Source: Guillardia theta CCMP2712 (taxonomy: Eukaryota > Protista > Cryptophyta). Taken from it: DNA of 37,603 nt. The stretch is from NCBI RefSeq assembly GCF_000315625.1, contig NW_005434633.1, positions 90,616 to 128,218 on the forward strand, in the 5' to 3' direction. The translations under genes and the position numbers were made by a program. Of this stretch, positions 10,314 through 22,118 are shown in pieces; position 1 is the stretch's first letter, and each line of letters starts with the position of its first letter. The notes beneath the pieces were generated by a model that did not search any database, was not told the DNA's origin, and worked only from the letters and a program-made list of their open reading frames with translations.

Positions 10314-10901
10314 ATGTCGGAGGAGGCTGCCAGCTCCAAGAGTCCCCATAGAGACGAGGGTGAAGAAGATCCCGTTCCGAGAAATGAGCTTGGGGGAGTA
10401 TACGGTCTGGGCTACTAGCATCTCCCTGTTCTGTTTGTGAATCATGACACAGTGGACGAGGAGGAGCTCAAAGCAGCCTTTGACTTCTTTGATGTGCACA
10501 AGAAAGGTGTTCTGACCCCTGCAGATCTGAAACAGAGGTGAGAGGGCATATGAACGACCCGCTCTGTGCTGACTGAGAGCAGATTGAGTGTATTCTACAA
10601 GAATCTCCCAGCACGAGAATACAAGTTTCTCATCAGTGAGCCCGATTTCACGTGAGTAAAGATGGGAGAAGCAGCAGGGGCAGGGGCGTAGGAAACAGCA
10701 AGGGCAGGGGCAGGGGCAGGGGCGGGGGTGGGGGCAAGAGGGAGGACATGAGTGATCGGATCGAAAGGGCTGATGTGTCATGCTAGGTTCAACACGCTGA
10801 AGAAGCTTCTGGTCAATAACGAGCTGAAAGATTTCGATCCAGTCAAGGAGGTGGGATAATGACGAGGATGATGATGATGAAGAAGAAGATGTTATGGAGA
10901 C

Positions 10902-10979
<78 letters not shown>

Positions 10980-11388
10980 ATGATTTACTTGAATCCTCCA
11001 ACACACTCACACGCTGGTGCTCACCAAGGCTTTCAAAGTATACGACCCGCATGAGACAGGATATGTCGACATCGAGGTACTTCGCTCCATCTTCATCAAG
11101 TAATGTCTAGTCTCTCTGCTCCTCCTTTCTTTCATGACACGTTGCAATCAATTAGCTTGGGGTTTGGAGAAGTGACCAACGAAGATGTTGCTGTTCTGAT
11201 AGAAACAGCAGATGTTGGTAAGGCAATCCTTGTATTTACTTCTCCCTGTATTGAGTACGATACCTCATGCAGATGGCGATGGCAAGATCAGCTTGGCTGA
11301 TTTCCGTAAGATGGTGACAAACTCAAAGAAAGTCGAGGCAGACTTGGAGTCACTACACAACTCGATACTCTCGGTCAAGAAGAAGTGA
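10314..11388 (+). CDS. Calmodulin/centrin-like EF-hand protein (about 7 exons)
   Basis: Spliced reading: MSEEAASSKS...|VDEEELKAAFDFFDVHKKGVLTPADLKQR|LSVFYKNLPAREYKFLISEPDFT|FNTLKKLLVNNELKDFDPVKE|AFKVYDPHETGYVDIEVLRSIFIK|LGFGEVTNEDVAVLIETADVD|GDGKISLADFRKMV...KKK*; EF-hand loops in the calmodulin pattern with GT-AG introns. Confidence 0.85.
10901..10982. repeat. (GAT)n intronic microsatellite
   Basis: Tandem gat run within an intron of the EF-hand gene. Confidence 0.95.
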
Positions 11389-11842
11389 AGTGACATTTAA
11401 CATGTATCAGTTCCGTCGAGGGTTCTTACATGCATTCCCGTCTCATAATTCCATCCTATAGAAAGAAGCCATTCTAATCAAGTTTGAAATCATCATTGCC
11501 ATACCAAGGGACATGGGAGACATCATCAGAAGGCAAAGGTAGAGGGTGTTCAATAAGGTATCAGCGTGTAAATCAGGACGGCAAAAGAATTCGACAGAGT
11601 TCAAATGCGTTCGTTTTATATAAACTTAATCGACAAAGCAAACGACCCCCAGCACAAGAAGATGCGTGCGATAGTAATGCAAAGGCACACGCGATGACAT
11701 GGAACGTGTATCTCCCCTCAACAGATGAATAATGTCTCAATCTCGTTCTCAGCACTTGCTCGTGCAAGTTACAACCAAACGACAACTCAGTGCCTACGCA
11801 AACGTCAACTATGAATCAAAGACGCACGCGAAGACAATATAC

Positions 11843-13284
11843 TCACTTTCCGTGGACGGCCTCCCTGAGACGACGTTCATGGCGCTGATTCTCTTCCAAT
11901 CGGATTTTCTCAGCCTGAAATACACAAACACTTCAGAACTTGAATAGGATGCGAATATTGACACAAGGCACCTGTGCCTTCTTGAAATCCTTGGCTTCGA
12001 GGAACTTGCGATCAGTACGATGGCGCGAGTCTGACTTGAGCATGTCGGCAGGAACACTCATCGGGGTCTTCTCCGTTGTTCGGATGTCCCAGTAGCGTGT
12101 CTTGTCGAAGTCCACGAACCCTAACCAGCTTCCCTGCACCTGATGCAACGCGGTTCCCGGAGCATCGGGGTTCTTGGAGTCGAATTGCTCGATAACACCC
12201 TCAAAGAAGTCGTTGGGGATTCCTTTTCTGTTGGAGGGGTTTCCAAACTCCAACCTGCAGCGAATGCCGTTCTTCTCATCGGTGAACGTCTGTGTCCCGA
12301 TGGTTTGATGAACCATATCACCCCAGAACACATTGATCCATCGGTCCTGAGGAAAGTCCAGGCTGATGGAGCTCCCGTCGGAGAACGTCACAGTGCGAAC
12401 ACCCTGCGCTCAACAGCGTCAGTCACCTCGTTCACTCACTCACGTGCTGTACGCCTCACCTGATTTGTCAAGAACATCTTGTTGTATCCCCATCCAACGT
12501 TGAAGGTCTGATAACCTGAGACAGTGTACGATTGCGATGGTGGGACCAGGCAGAAGGAGGACACTGGCGGGTGATGGCAAGTCTGCTCCATGTACAACTT
12601 TGAGCCATCTCCGTAGTCCACCTGCAGCGTTTCGCCAAGGATGGGGTTGAGAGGCTTGAGGAAGTTGCCGGATGTCAGCGGCATCGCAGCAACGAAGCAA
12701 GCCACAACGTTCTTCATGCGCTCAACGGGATCCTTCGTAGCAGCAGCACGAGGCAAATAAATGTGCGTGAACTGTCCCATCTGGGCTCCGATCTCCAACA
12801 CAGTCCTGGGCTGACAGCACTGGATGGGGAAACTGACGTTCATCACATTCCCACCACTGAGAAGGTTGCGACCCATCTGGCTGATCATCAAGGAAAGCAC
12901 GCTCCTGCAAGCCTTGGCATGCTCAGGATTCTGAATGCCAACTCCGCCGGCCTTGACCGCGAATGGCGACCTACATGACAGGACGGCGGCGAGGAGATCC
13001 TGGTCCTCCTTGGAAGCAGGAGTATCAACGAGGCCAGAGCTCTTGGCCAAGTTCACACTCCTCCTGTACAGGCCCTTGCCGACTTTGCCCAGCCAGCTGC
13101 GCTTCTTCTTCTCGCCCTTGCCCGTGGGGGTGCCAGAATCCTCCTCGTCATCACTGTTGCCTTCGTCACCGTAGAAATCTTCTTGAGGAAGGTCTTGCAA
13201 GGCTGCTGCTGCCATGTCATCGCTCACAGCTTCCACTGCCTTGCAGATGTCGTCTGCATCCGACGCACTTCTAAACTGAAGCAT
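11843..13284 (-). CDS. Oxysterol-binding protein (ORD-only, short OSBP/ORP type), 3 exons
   Basis: OSBP signatures KPLNPILGET and EQTCHHPP (canonical EQVSHHPP), SDSRHRTDR, last exon AEKIRLEENQRHERRLREAVHGK*; ORFs 12436-13284 and 11933-12391 joined by short introns. Confidence 0.92.
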
Positions 13285-16200
13285 TGCTCACGAAGGTCCT
13301 CAAGATATCCTAACACGACTAATGACGCTCGGTAAACGAGCCAGACTTTGCGATTTAGTCGGAGCTCCTCGAGTTCAACACGATCCTTCGAAGGGTTTAA
13401 CCGTGACCTGGAATCGAGCAGATTTAGAACTAGTTGTCAGCAGCCAAATGGACGCCATGAATAACACATCATCAATGCTCGAAAGATCTACAAATCATTT
13501 TCAAACTCTCATGAATTTTCATGCAAAAACGTATTTTTTTCTTAACCCCACTATTCTGAACATGAATTCTGCTTGTGTCTGACCCAAAATCCTCCCGAAC
13601 ACTATCAACATCTCATCGCAACGATCGTGCGACCCAGTTCCCCAAGGACCAAATTCACTCCCGTTTCCATCACTCCATCATCACTCTTGAAAAGAGCTTC
13701 TCCATGCATTTTCGTCACTTATCAAAACCTCTCATGCACGATCCCCTCCTTCTTTCGCAACCTCTCCTCTCACTCCCTTCGCTCTCTCTTCTTCTTTCTT
13801 CCTCCAGTTCATATCGGCACTGCCATGCATAGCCCATTCTCCCCAGGCATAACCCCACCCCCCTTCCCTACCAAAACCCTACCCCCTTCGATTCCAACAC
13901 ACCGACCCACCCCATGCACTTCCCTTTACTACCCTTCCACCTCCCAATATACCCCAACATATTCCGTACCCCCTGGGAATAGCGTTACAACCCACCATGT
14001 TCATATTTCCCTGCCCGGTATCTTTCACCCCACCCTGTCATCGCAGCTAAGAATGTACCCTACCCCCAGTCGAATCTATCAATTTCATACATACAACCCC
14101 TGCTGTACTGAGCAATAAGTACCCCACCCTCACGAAAGTCGGATAACCCATCTACAACCCTCGCGCCCACAACCTCTTGCTTCAGCTCCAAACCAAATCT
14201 GAAATCTTATTTCTGAAATATCTGTACCAGTGAAATACCCCCACCTAGCAATTCCAAGTGTTATGGTTGGGAAAAGACCCCCTCATGTCCTCATTTCAAA
14301 CATTTCAAATAGATAAGATAAATTTTCTAATTCGTGAATCACCCCATGGGGCCCATGGAAATATACCCCACCCATTCCCATGCCACCCCCACCCAATCCT
14401 GATAACCAAATCAATACCCTACCCCCTTACCAAACAGGTCCATTTTTATGCCCTAGTATCCTTTCATGACCCTGCAGCCACAGTACCACCCCTGTACCAA
14501 TGGAAGTTTGCAAGTCTTGGAGACACCGGGTATTACTAGTGTAATATGGTCTTTAAAAGTATGGTAAGGTGTATCACCCTACCTACATATCTCAATTCAA
14601 ACTTTACCACCTCTCTCCGTTTGGCCATTCTATCTTGAAGTGGTTTTCACCCCTCCTTTCCTGTTGAATATGACCCCACCCTTTGATTCGATTCTCCTCC
14701 ATTTTTCACATCCCTGCTGCTCCTCCGGACCACCCCAACGACTCTGGTACCCAACCCCTCCATGCATATACCCCTCACTCACCCTCAGAGTACCCCCCTA
14801 TCAAGGAGACCACACCATGACATTCCTCTGGTCAGAGTCCCGTCCCTCGATATTGGTTCAACTTGAGATACCCACCCACCCCCATCCAGCCTATCAAAAA
14901 ATGAGCCCCACCCTACCTTCGGTCCGAACCCACCCCTGTATCGAACTTAAGTTGATCCGGTCCTCTACCCCCTCTTACGACGCAAATCGAACCAGAACCA
15001 CTACCATGAGGACAAGTTATATTACTACCCCACCCCCCATGGGGATGACCAACCCCCACCCTAGAACTTGACCTGAAAGTTTCAAAGTCACTACAAGGGG
15101 TCTTTTGACCTTGTGTTAGGAAAGGGCATCGTATGAAAAATGAAGGGTGGGGGGTTATATGCCTGGGGTACCTGAGCGTTGAAGCACAACTGACCGTCAG
15201 ATACCCCTTCACAAAAAGGCTTTGTAGGGGGTGAAAGAGGGATATTCTGTATCGTAGGGGGTAGATAGACCGCGAATAGGAAAGAGGGTGGGTAGACTAG
15301 CAAACTTCGCTTACAGGTTCGTAATCGGCACTACGTTTGCATCCGAGATTTTAGTGAGGGGGGGGGGGGGTTATAATTTGATGGATCCAGTGAAATTGTA
15401 TGGTAGGGGAAGTCAGACTATCAGAATCAAGTGGTGAATAGAGGGTACTTTTGTGGATTTAATGGGGGTAGGGGTATTTTGTAGTTTACTTTGCTCGGAA
15501 TTTTTTTCACGGAATTCAAAGTGCAACCACCGCCTGACACTGACAAGAGGACCCTACCCTTCACGATTGTGGAAGTTAAACCATTGAACCATAAGTTGAC
15601 GCCCGGCCGCCACGGCCGGGCCGGGCCGGGCAGTCGGACCGGGCCAACGGCGGCGTCCCCAGTGAGCCGGGCTTCAAGTACCGGACGGTGGCGCCGGGTA
15701 CCCTGCCAAGTGCCAGAGTCGGGCCGCCCGGCCCTTGAACTTCGAACGGAAGTTTACCGGCGTGGCCCGGCGCGCCGCGGTCTGGTCACAGTGCGGCACC
15801 GGCGTGGACTCAGTCACCGTGGCACTGTCAAGTGAACTTCACGAGTCCCGGCGAGTTCCGAGCGGGAGCCCGGCCGCCGGCGGCGCGGGCCGCCACTGGG
15901 CGTCACAGTGCCGCAGGCCGGCTCACATTGCTAGACTGACAATTCCGAGCGAATCATTTTCTTGCTGGGCCGGGCGCTGACATCAGCCGCGCATCATCAA
16001 GTTCTGTCGCATTTCGCCAAGGAAAAGTGGCTGTCTGTCAGGTCTCTTTGCACATTCTTTTTTTCATGGGCGGCTTGAAATGATTCGCTCCCGTCACTTC
16101 ATGCAGAACGAGCGCAAAGAATTTGAAAAATCTGATTGAGAGTCAACAACGGTCACTCCCGCAAGGCTCACCCTGAGTCAAAGCTCAGCAAAGTAACATC

Positions 16201-16377
16201 TTCATCTTTTGTTCTTTCTCGACATGACAAGCACTGAGATGCATTCTACTCTCACGCAGACAACAGCCCTCAGGACTCTGCAGTCGATAGCGCATCCTAT
16301 ATCACTCTTCTGGAACCTGGATCGACCAGACGAGAGGTAAGACTAGCGCTCCCCAGTTCGGTCCTCAGCCGCCATCT

Positions 16378-17475
16378 TCACCCGATCACCATTGCATCGT
16401 CCTGGGGCGCCGCAGCAAGCTCTTTTCCACCCTCTGACACCTGCTCATTGAAGAAGAATGGGTTGGGTTTGCGAACTTCGCACAGAAGGCTGTTGAACTG
16501 TTCCTTGCCATACCGCGATGGGGCACCGTGGTTCCATGCAAGCAGTTCCTCCCTGTAACTGTCGTACACATCTCTGGCGACCTGCATCTCACTTCTCAAT
16601 CGCTTGAAGCAGTGAACAAGATGACATGCGTACATGGAGCTCGAAGTTGGTAAGGAACAAGAACTCAATCTCAAGAGTGTTCAATTCTACATTTGGAACT
16701 CCTCCGATCTGAAGGCACAAACGGAATGAGCACAGACAGCAGCGAGTGACTACAATAGATTCTCACCTTCGCCCAAAACTCATTAGAGTAATAGAAGTCG
16801 TCAAGGAACTTTGCAGCAACCATCACACTGTTCAAGAGTGAGGAACAAAGGGAGAAAGCGAGATTTCTCAACCTCGCCAAAAGTAATCGATGCACATTCA
16901 AAGAGTTGATTCTGAAATCCCTCTCTAGCATCCTTTGCCGCTGTATAAATCTATCCATGTAGATAACGCCCACGACAAAACAGCAATAGCTGCATGAAGA
17001 ATATTTGGCGATTCTACGATTCCAACTCAAGGATCATTACTTAGAAACACTTCCCCTACCTTTCAGCATAGTCGATGACATTCACAGCAGGCGCCTTCTG
17101 CGCATGGAATACAGTGATGTGCTCACGGTCTGTAGCAACCTGTACAACGCCGAGCGTAAGAAGAACATGCGAGCTGCCCGACAACGAAAGTTAGCTTACC
17201 TTGTCATTCGCTTCTACAAGCTTGGCAAGCAATTCGGCAACTATCGGGATGAGAGACTTTTGACTGTCAGCATCCCTCTTCATCTCTTCAGTGAATGCTG
17301 CCATTGAGAGACGAGGTTTATTCTCCTCCAAAGCCTCCATGTGCTTGATCTTCTCATGCCACGCCTTGTTCGCCTCCGCCGCTGCTTTCTGGCGATCTTC
17401 TACGCTGTTAGACATCTTGGGCTTCTCCACTTTCTGCTCGGTCTTCCCTCTCCCATAAAACTTGGAAGTAAACAT
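16378..17475 (-). CDS. PHO80/CYCU (P/U-type) cyclin, multi-exon; start codon uncertain (17475 or 17415)
   Basis: Spliced reading ITVFHAQKAPAVNVIDYAER|IAKYSSCSYCCFVVGVIYMDR...NSLNVHRLLLA|SVMVAAKFLDDFYYSNEFWAK|IGGVPNVELNTLEIEFLFLTNFELHV matches the Pho80-like cyclin box. Confidence 0.9.
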
Positions 17476-18734
17476 TCGAAAACTAGAAACGCCAAAAGGG
17501 ATTCCAGCAGCTGACACTCAAGGACTGTGCCGGCGGAAAGCTGGGAAGTTGTACGGATCAGAGCTGTGACTTTCCTTGCTTCAAGGCATAAAGAGAAGCT
17601 GTGCAGACAAGTGTGCAGGGATCATCCCTTGCACAATCGAAACACGCGTCCAGGACAAGTTCATGTACGTGAGACTTGACAGTCCGGACTGTTCAAACTG
17701 CGATGTGCAATGCTGGTAACACTCAATCGTTTGTACTGGCCTTACAGGCCCAACATGAAGCTCGGGTTCTCCAAACTGACACCTGCAGACAAGCATCACA
17801 CAATTAGATCAATTTGGATGTCTCTGCTCTGGTCGATGTCAGCGCATGGACGTGATGTTTGCATGCGGCATATCAGAACTCAGGGCTCACTCTACTCATT
17901 TCGTCATGGGCAGCATGATTTCGACAACTCCCGCAGTGAATAACTCTCGTCTCACTGTCTTAGACTATCAGGTCTCACGGGAAAGGGATGAGACCATAAG
18001 ATCATCGCTCCTCTTCATGCAGACTTCAATTTTCCTGTTTGGCAAGAAAGGAGTCGCAAGACAGTTCGAGCTACTGAAAGGTTGATGGCCGTCCCTCTGA
18101 GGACCACAGATGCCTCTATCCTCACAATTCCTCTTTTCATTCTCTCTTTCGGACACTATGACACTATTGGAACGTTATCATTCAGGAGGCATCCGCTGAT
18201 TCCCTTAAACTACCATCATGGAGGAATTTCATGAAAGTTGTGTTATTCTTCGTTCGCTCATCTGCACGGATACGACACCATTGTAAACTTTTCTTCCTCT
18301 ACAGATCAATCAACAACTCAGAAAGTCACTCAAACTTGCTGAACATCCTCATGAGCCATGAAATCAATACTCGAGAAATCCTCTGCATGAAATCCTCCCA
18401 TTGGATCTTCAGCCATCTCTCCCCGTAGCTCTCCATTCTGGTCCCGCCCATTCTCCTCCTCCCTCCTCCACTGACTGAGCAAGCTTCCCTGACCTTCTCG
18501 TCCCTCCCCTGCTCCAGCCGAACGCCCATTACCCCTTATCTTCCACTCTACGACTCTGTTGCAGCATGGCCGCTACACGTGAGCAGCTCCAAAGCTCCAA
18601 AATCATTATTTGACGGTTACAATAACCGTTACAATTGGTGCAAACTATGCTGGTGCGTGCAAGGTCGTGCAGTCACAGCTAGCGTGTCGGGGAGGTGAAA
18701 GTGAAAGCCGGTCATGTCAATGGACAGCTGGCTA

Positions 18735-18771
18735 GAGGAGCAGGAGGAGGAGCAGGAGGAGGAGCAGGAGG

Positions 18772-18815
<44 letters not shown>

Positions 18816-18849
18816 CAAGAGCAGGAGCATCAGCAGGAGTATAAAGAGT

Positions 18850-18905
<56 letters not shown>

Positions 18906-18939
18906 CAAGAGCAGGAGCATCAGCAGGAGTATAAAGAGT

Positions 18940-18997
<58 letters not shown>

Positions 18998-19020
18998 CGA
19001 AGCAAAAGGAGCAGTGGTGT

Positions 19021-19062
<42 letters not shown>

Positions 19063-19096
19063 CAAGAGCAGGAGCATCAGCAGGAGTATAAAGAGT

Positions 19097-19133
<37 letters not shown>

Positions 19134-19225
19134 TTGAGAGTAGGAGCAGGAGCATGAGCATTGAGAGTAGGAGCAGGAGCAGGAGCATTGAGAGTAGGAG
19201 CATTATGAGGAAGAGGAGCAGGAGC
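18735..19225. repeat. (GCAGGA)n hexamer array with higher-order duplicated variant blocks
   Basis: Variant block agcagcaagagcaggagcatcagcaggagtataaagagtagg at ~18811, 18901 and 19058; gagcattgagagtag three times at ~19129-19197. Confidence 0.95.
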
Positions 19226-19586
19226 ATCAAGGGGGACAGGTGAGGAACGGTAAGAGGAACAGTTGAAGGAGTTGCATTATGAGCAGGAAGAGGATTGAGA
19301 GGAGCTTCAGCAGCATTGGAGGGGAGATGAAAGAGTTCAGGAACAGGGCACTTGAATAGATGGTGGTGCGATCCACGTGATAAACAAAATAGGCCTGAAA
19401 GGTATTGATCGTTATCCATATGCGTTGCTACTTCAAGGGCATGAAGCGAATGATGCATGTAGCGTATTGTATGCAAGCAACATTTGACAAAACATGTCGT
19501 AGATCTGTATCGTTCCTCCGTTGACGCTTGAAATGATCACCGACCTTCGTCTCTGAGATCGAACTTCTCGTTCCTGCGGTTCCGGC

Positions 19587-22064
19587 ATGTCTTGCCTCAA
19601 ACAGCTCAAGGAAAAACTCTCACAGAGCGGGAGGAAGGAAGTCGGGGACTGCAGTCTGCTCGCAGCTGCATCCACCTTGCGGTCACCGGGGAAGGGCGTG
19701 TTTGCTCAGGCATACGAGCTAGCGCTGAAGAGCTGTATCCTTGCCCCCATGTTCTCTCGGTTTGATATCAGGGGAGGGAAGGTCTTCCCTTCGGACGACC
19801 TGTTCGACTGCCGAAAGCTTCGAACTTTTCTCTTCTCCGTGGATGCTGCCGACGTCCCGAGCTCCAACAACCATCCCTTCTCAGATTGGATGGACAGGCT
19901 GAAGGACTACACAGGTACACATGGTCTTTCCCCTGCCCCTCTCGTCCCTTGGATCGTGCACAGCGGTACAGTGCTACACTCGCTCTCGTGCTGCCTGGTG
20001 GGCGTCGAGATGTACTGGCACGCTCTGGCACATGCTGTGCAGGCTGAGCTGCAAGGGGCGAACTCTGTCAAGTTTGACAGGATCCTGAGGAAAATGAGCA
20101 GCGATGTGGAGGGAGCATGGCAGCAGGTGCTGTCCTGTGTCCGGCTGAACGCCGGTGACTGTCCCCCCGGAGGAGAGGTTGAGTACCATCCCGTCATCCT
20201 GCAAGCGGCAGCCAACGTGCTGCAGCGGGTGATTGTGCTGCTTGACATTCTTGCGAGCGATCAGGAGAAGAGGAGCAGGGAGCGAAGGTGGAGGGAGACA
20301 ATCTTCATACCATGGACGTGGGAAGGAGGGGGGAAGGAGGAGGGGGTCCAGAAGTTGCCTCCGCTGTTCATAGCATGGGAAGGGGAGGGCAGATGTATCC
20401 CTTTGACCCCCTCCGGCTGCGACAAGGCAACTTGCTTCTTCCCGGACCAGTTCTTCCCTCAGTCCGTCTTCTTCAGCCAGGAGAACTTAGCAGCCGTCAA
20501 GAGCAAGTGGCTCCCGCTCGACGGCAAGCAGAGAGCCCAGCTGTCTTCCAGCTCGTCCAAGTCCATGAAGTGGAGCCGGCTGCGAGCTCTTAACGACGTG
20601 ATGGGCGGGAAGTTCCATGAGTGCACTGGGCTGGCTCTGCAGACTGTCTGTGACTTCCAGGCGCTGCTGCTGGACCTCGATGTCCATTCCGTCTCCATCC
20701 TAGAGCTGCTGCAGGAGACGAGGAGGGCGCTGAAGGAGGAGAGGCTCTTCTACGATGGAGTCTCCTGCCAACTCACCCCCACCCGCGGCCTCTGGTCTCG
20801 CCAGGACCTGGCGAGAGGAGGGAAGCTGTACGAGTCTGCGATGCGGCTGCTCGCGATGACGGTGAGGCTCCATGGGCGCGAGACCCTCGATCCCTNNNNN
20901 NNNNNNNNNNNNNNNNNNNNNNNNNNNNNNNNNNNNNNNNNNNNNNNNNNNNNNNNNNNNNNNNNNNNNNNNNNNNNNNNNNNNNNNNNNNNNNNNNNNN
21001 NNNNNNNNNNNNNNNNNNNNNNNNNNNNNNNNNNNNNNNNNNNNNNNNNNNNNNNNNNNNNNNNNNNNNNNNNNNNNNNNNNNNNNNNNNNNNNNNNNNN
21101 NNNNNNNNNNNNNNNNNNNNNNNNNNNNNNNNNNNNNNNNNNNNNNNNNNNNNNNNNNNNNNNNNNNNNNNNNNNNNNNNNNNNNNNNNNNNNNNNNNNN
21201 NNNNNNNNNNNNNNNNNNNNNNNNNNNNNNNNNNNNNNNNNNNNNNNNNNNNNNNNNNNNNNNNNNNNNNNNNNNNNNNNNNNNNNNNNNNNNNNNNNNN
21301 NNNNNNNNNNNNNNNNNNNNNNNNNNNNNNNNNNNNNNNNNNNNNNNNNNNNNNNNNNNNNNNNNNNNNNNNNNNNNNNNNNNNNNNNNNNNNNNNNNNN
21401 NNNNNNNNNNNNNNNNNNNNNNNNNNNNNNNNNNNNNNNNNNNNNNNNNNNNNNNNNNNNNNNNNNNNNNNNNNNNNNNNNNNNNNNNNNNNNNNNNNNN
21501 NNNNNNNNNNNNNNNNNNNNNNNNNNNNNNNNNNNNNNNNNNNNNNNNNNNNNNNNNNNNNNNNNNNNNNNNNNNNNNNNNNNNNNNNNNNNNNNNNNNN
21601 NNNNNNNNNNNNNNNNNNNNNNNNNNNNNNNNNNNNNNNNNNNNNNNNNNNNNNNNNNNNNNNNNNNNNNNNNNNNNNNNNNNNNNNNNNNNNNNNNNNN
21701 NNNNNNNNNNNNNNNNNNNNNNNNNNNNNNNNNNNNNNNNNNNNNNNNNNNNNNNNNNNNNNNNNNNNNNNNNNNNNNNNNNNNNNNNNNNNNNNNNNNN
21801 NNNNNNNNNNNNNNNNNNNNNNNNNNNNNNNNNNNNNNNNNNNNNNNNNNNNNNNNNNNCTCGGCATCCTTGTCATGGTCATGTTAACAGGCGAATTCCA
21901 CATTGATGTGCAACAAGATTTGACTGAGAAGAGAACAAACATCGGCGTACAAGGTTCGTTCCTCTTCACCTCCCATCGCCATTCTCCCTCTTCCTCTTCC
22001 TCTTCCCTCTTTCTGCTACCTTGTCTTCACCTTCTCCACTAATACTACCACCACCACCTTTATC

Positions 22065-22118
<54 letters not shown>

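Noticed and set aside
10242-11006. 254-aa minus-strand ORF with poly-I
   Set aside because: Antisense to the EF-hand gene and driven by the (GAT)n repeat
13573-15303. Pro/Thr/His-rich ORFs in the C-run domain
   Set aside because: Composition-driven, with no domain motifs and no consistent splice structure
17570-18567. Possible small multi-exon minus-strand gene upstream of the cyclin (e.g. EEENGRDQNGELRGEMAEDPMGGFHAEDF)
   Set aside because: Some exon-like pieces, but no consistent spliced frame or recognisable motif could be built
18712-19476. 254-aa poly-L/PA ORF
   Set aside because: Reading of the GCAGGA array; repeats lacking stop codons are open by construction
20773-21969. ORFs running through N runs
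   Set aside because: Artefacts of assembly gaps
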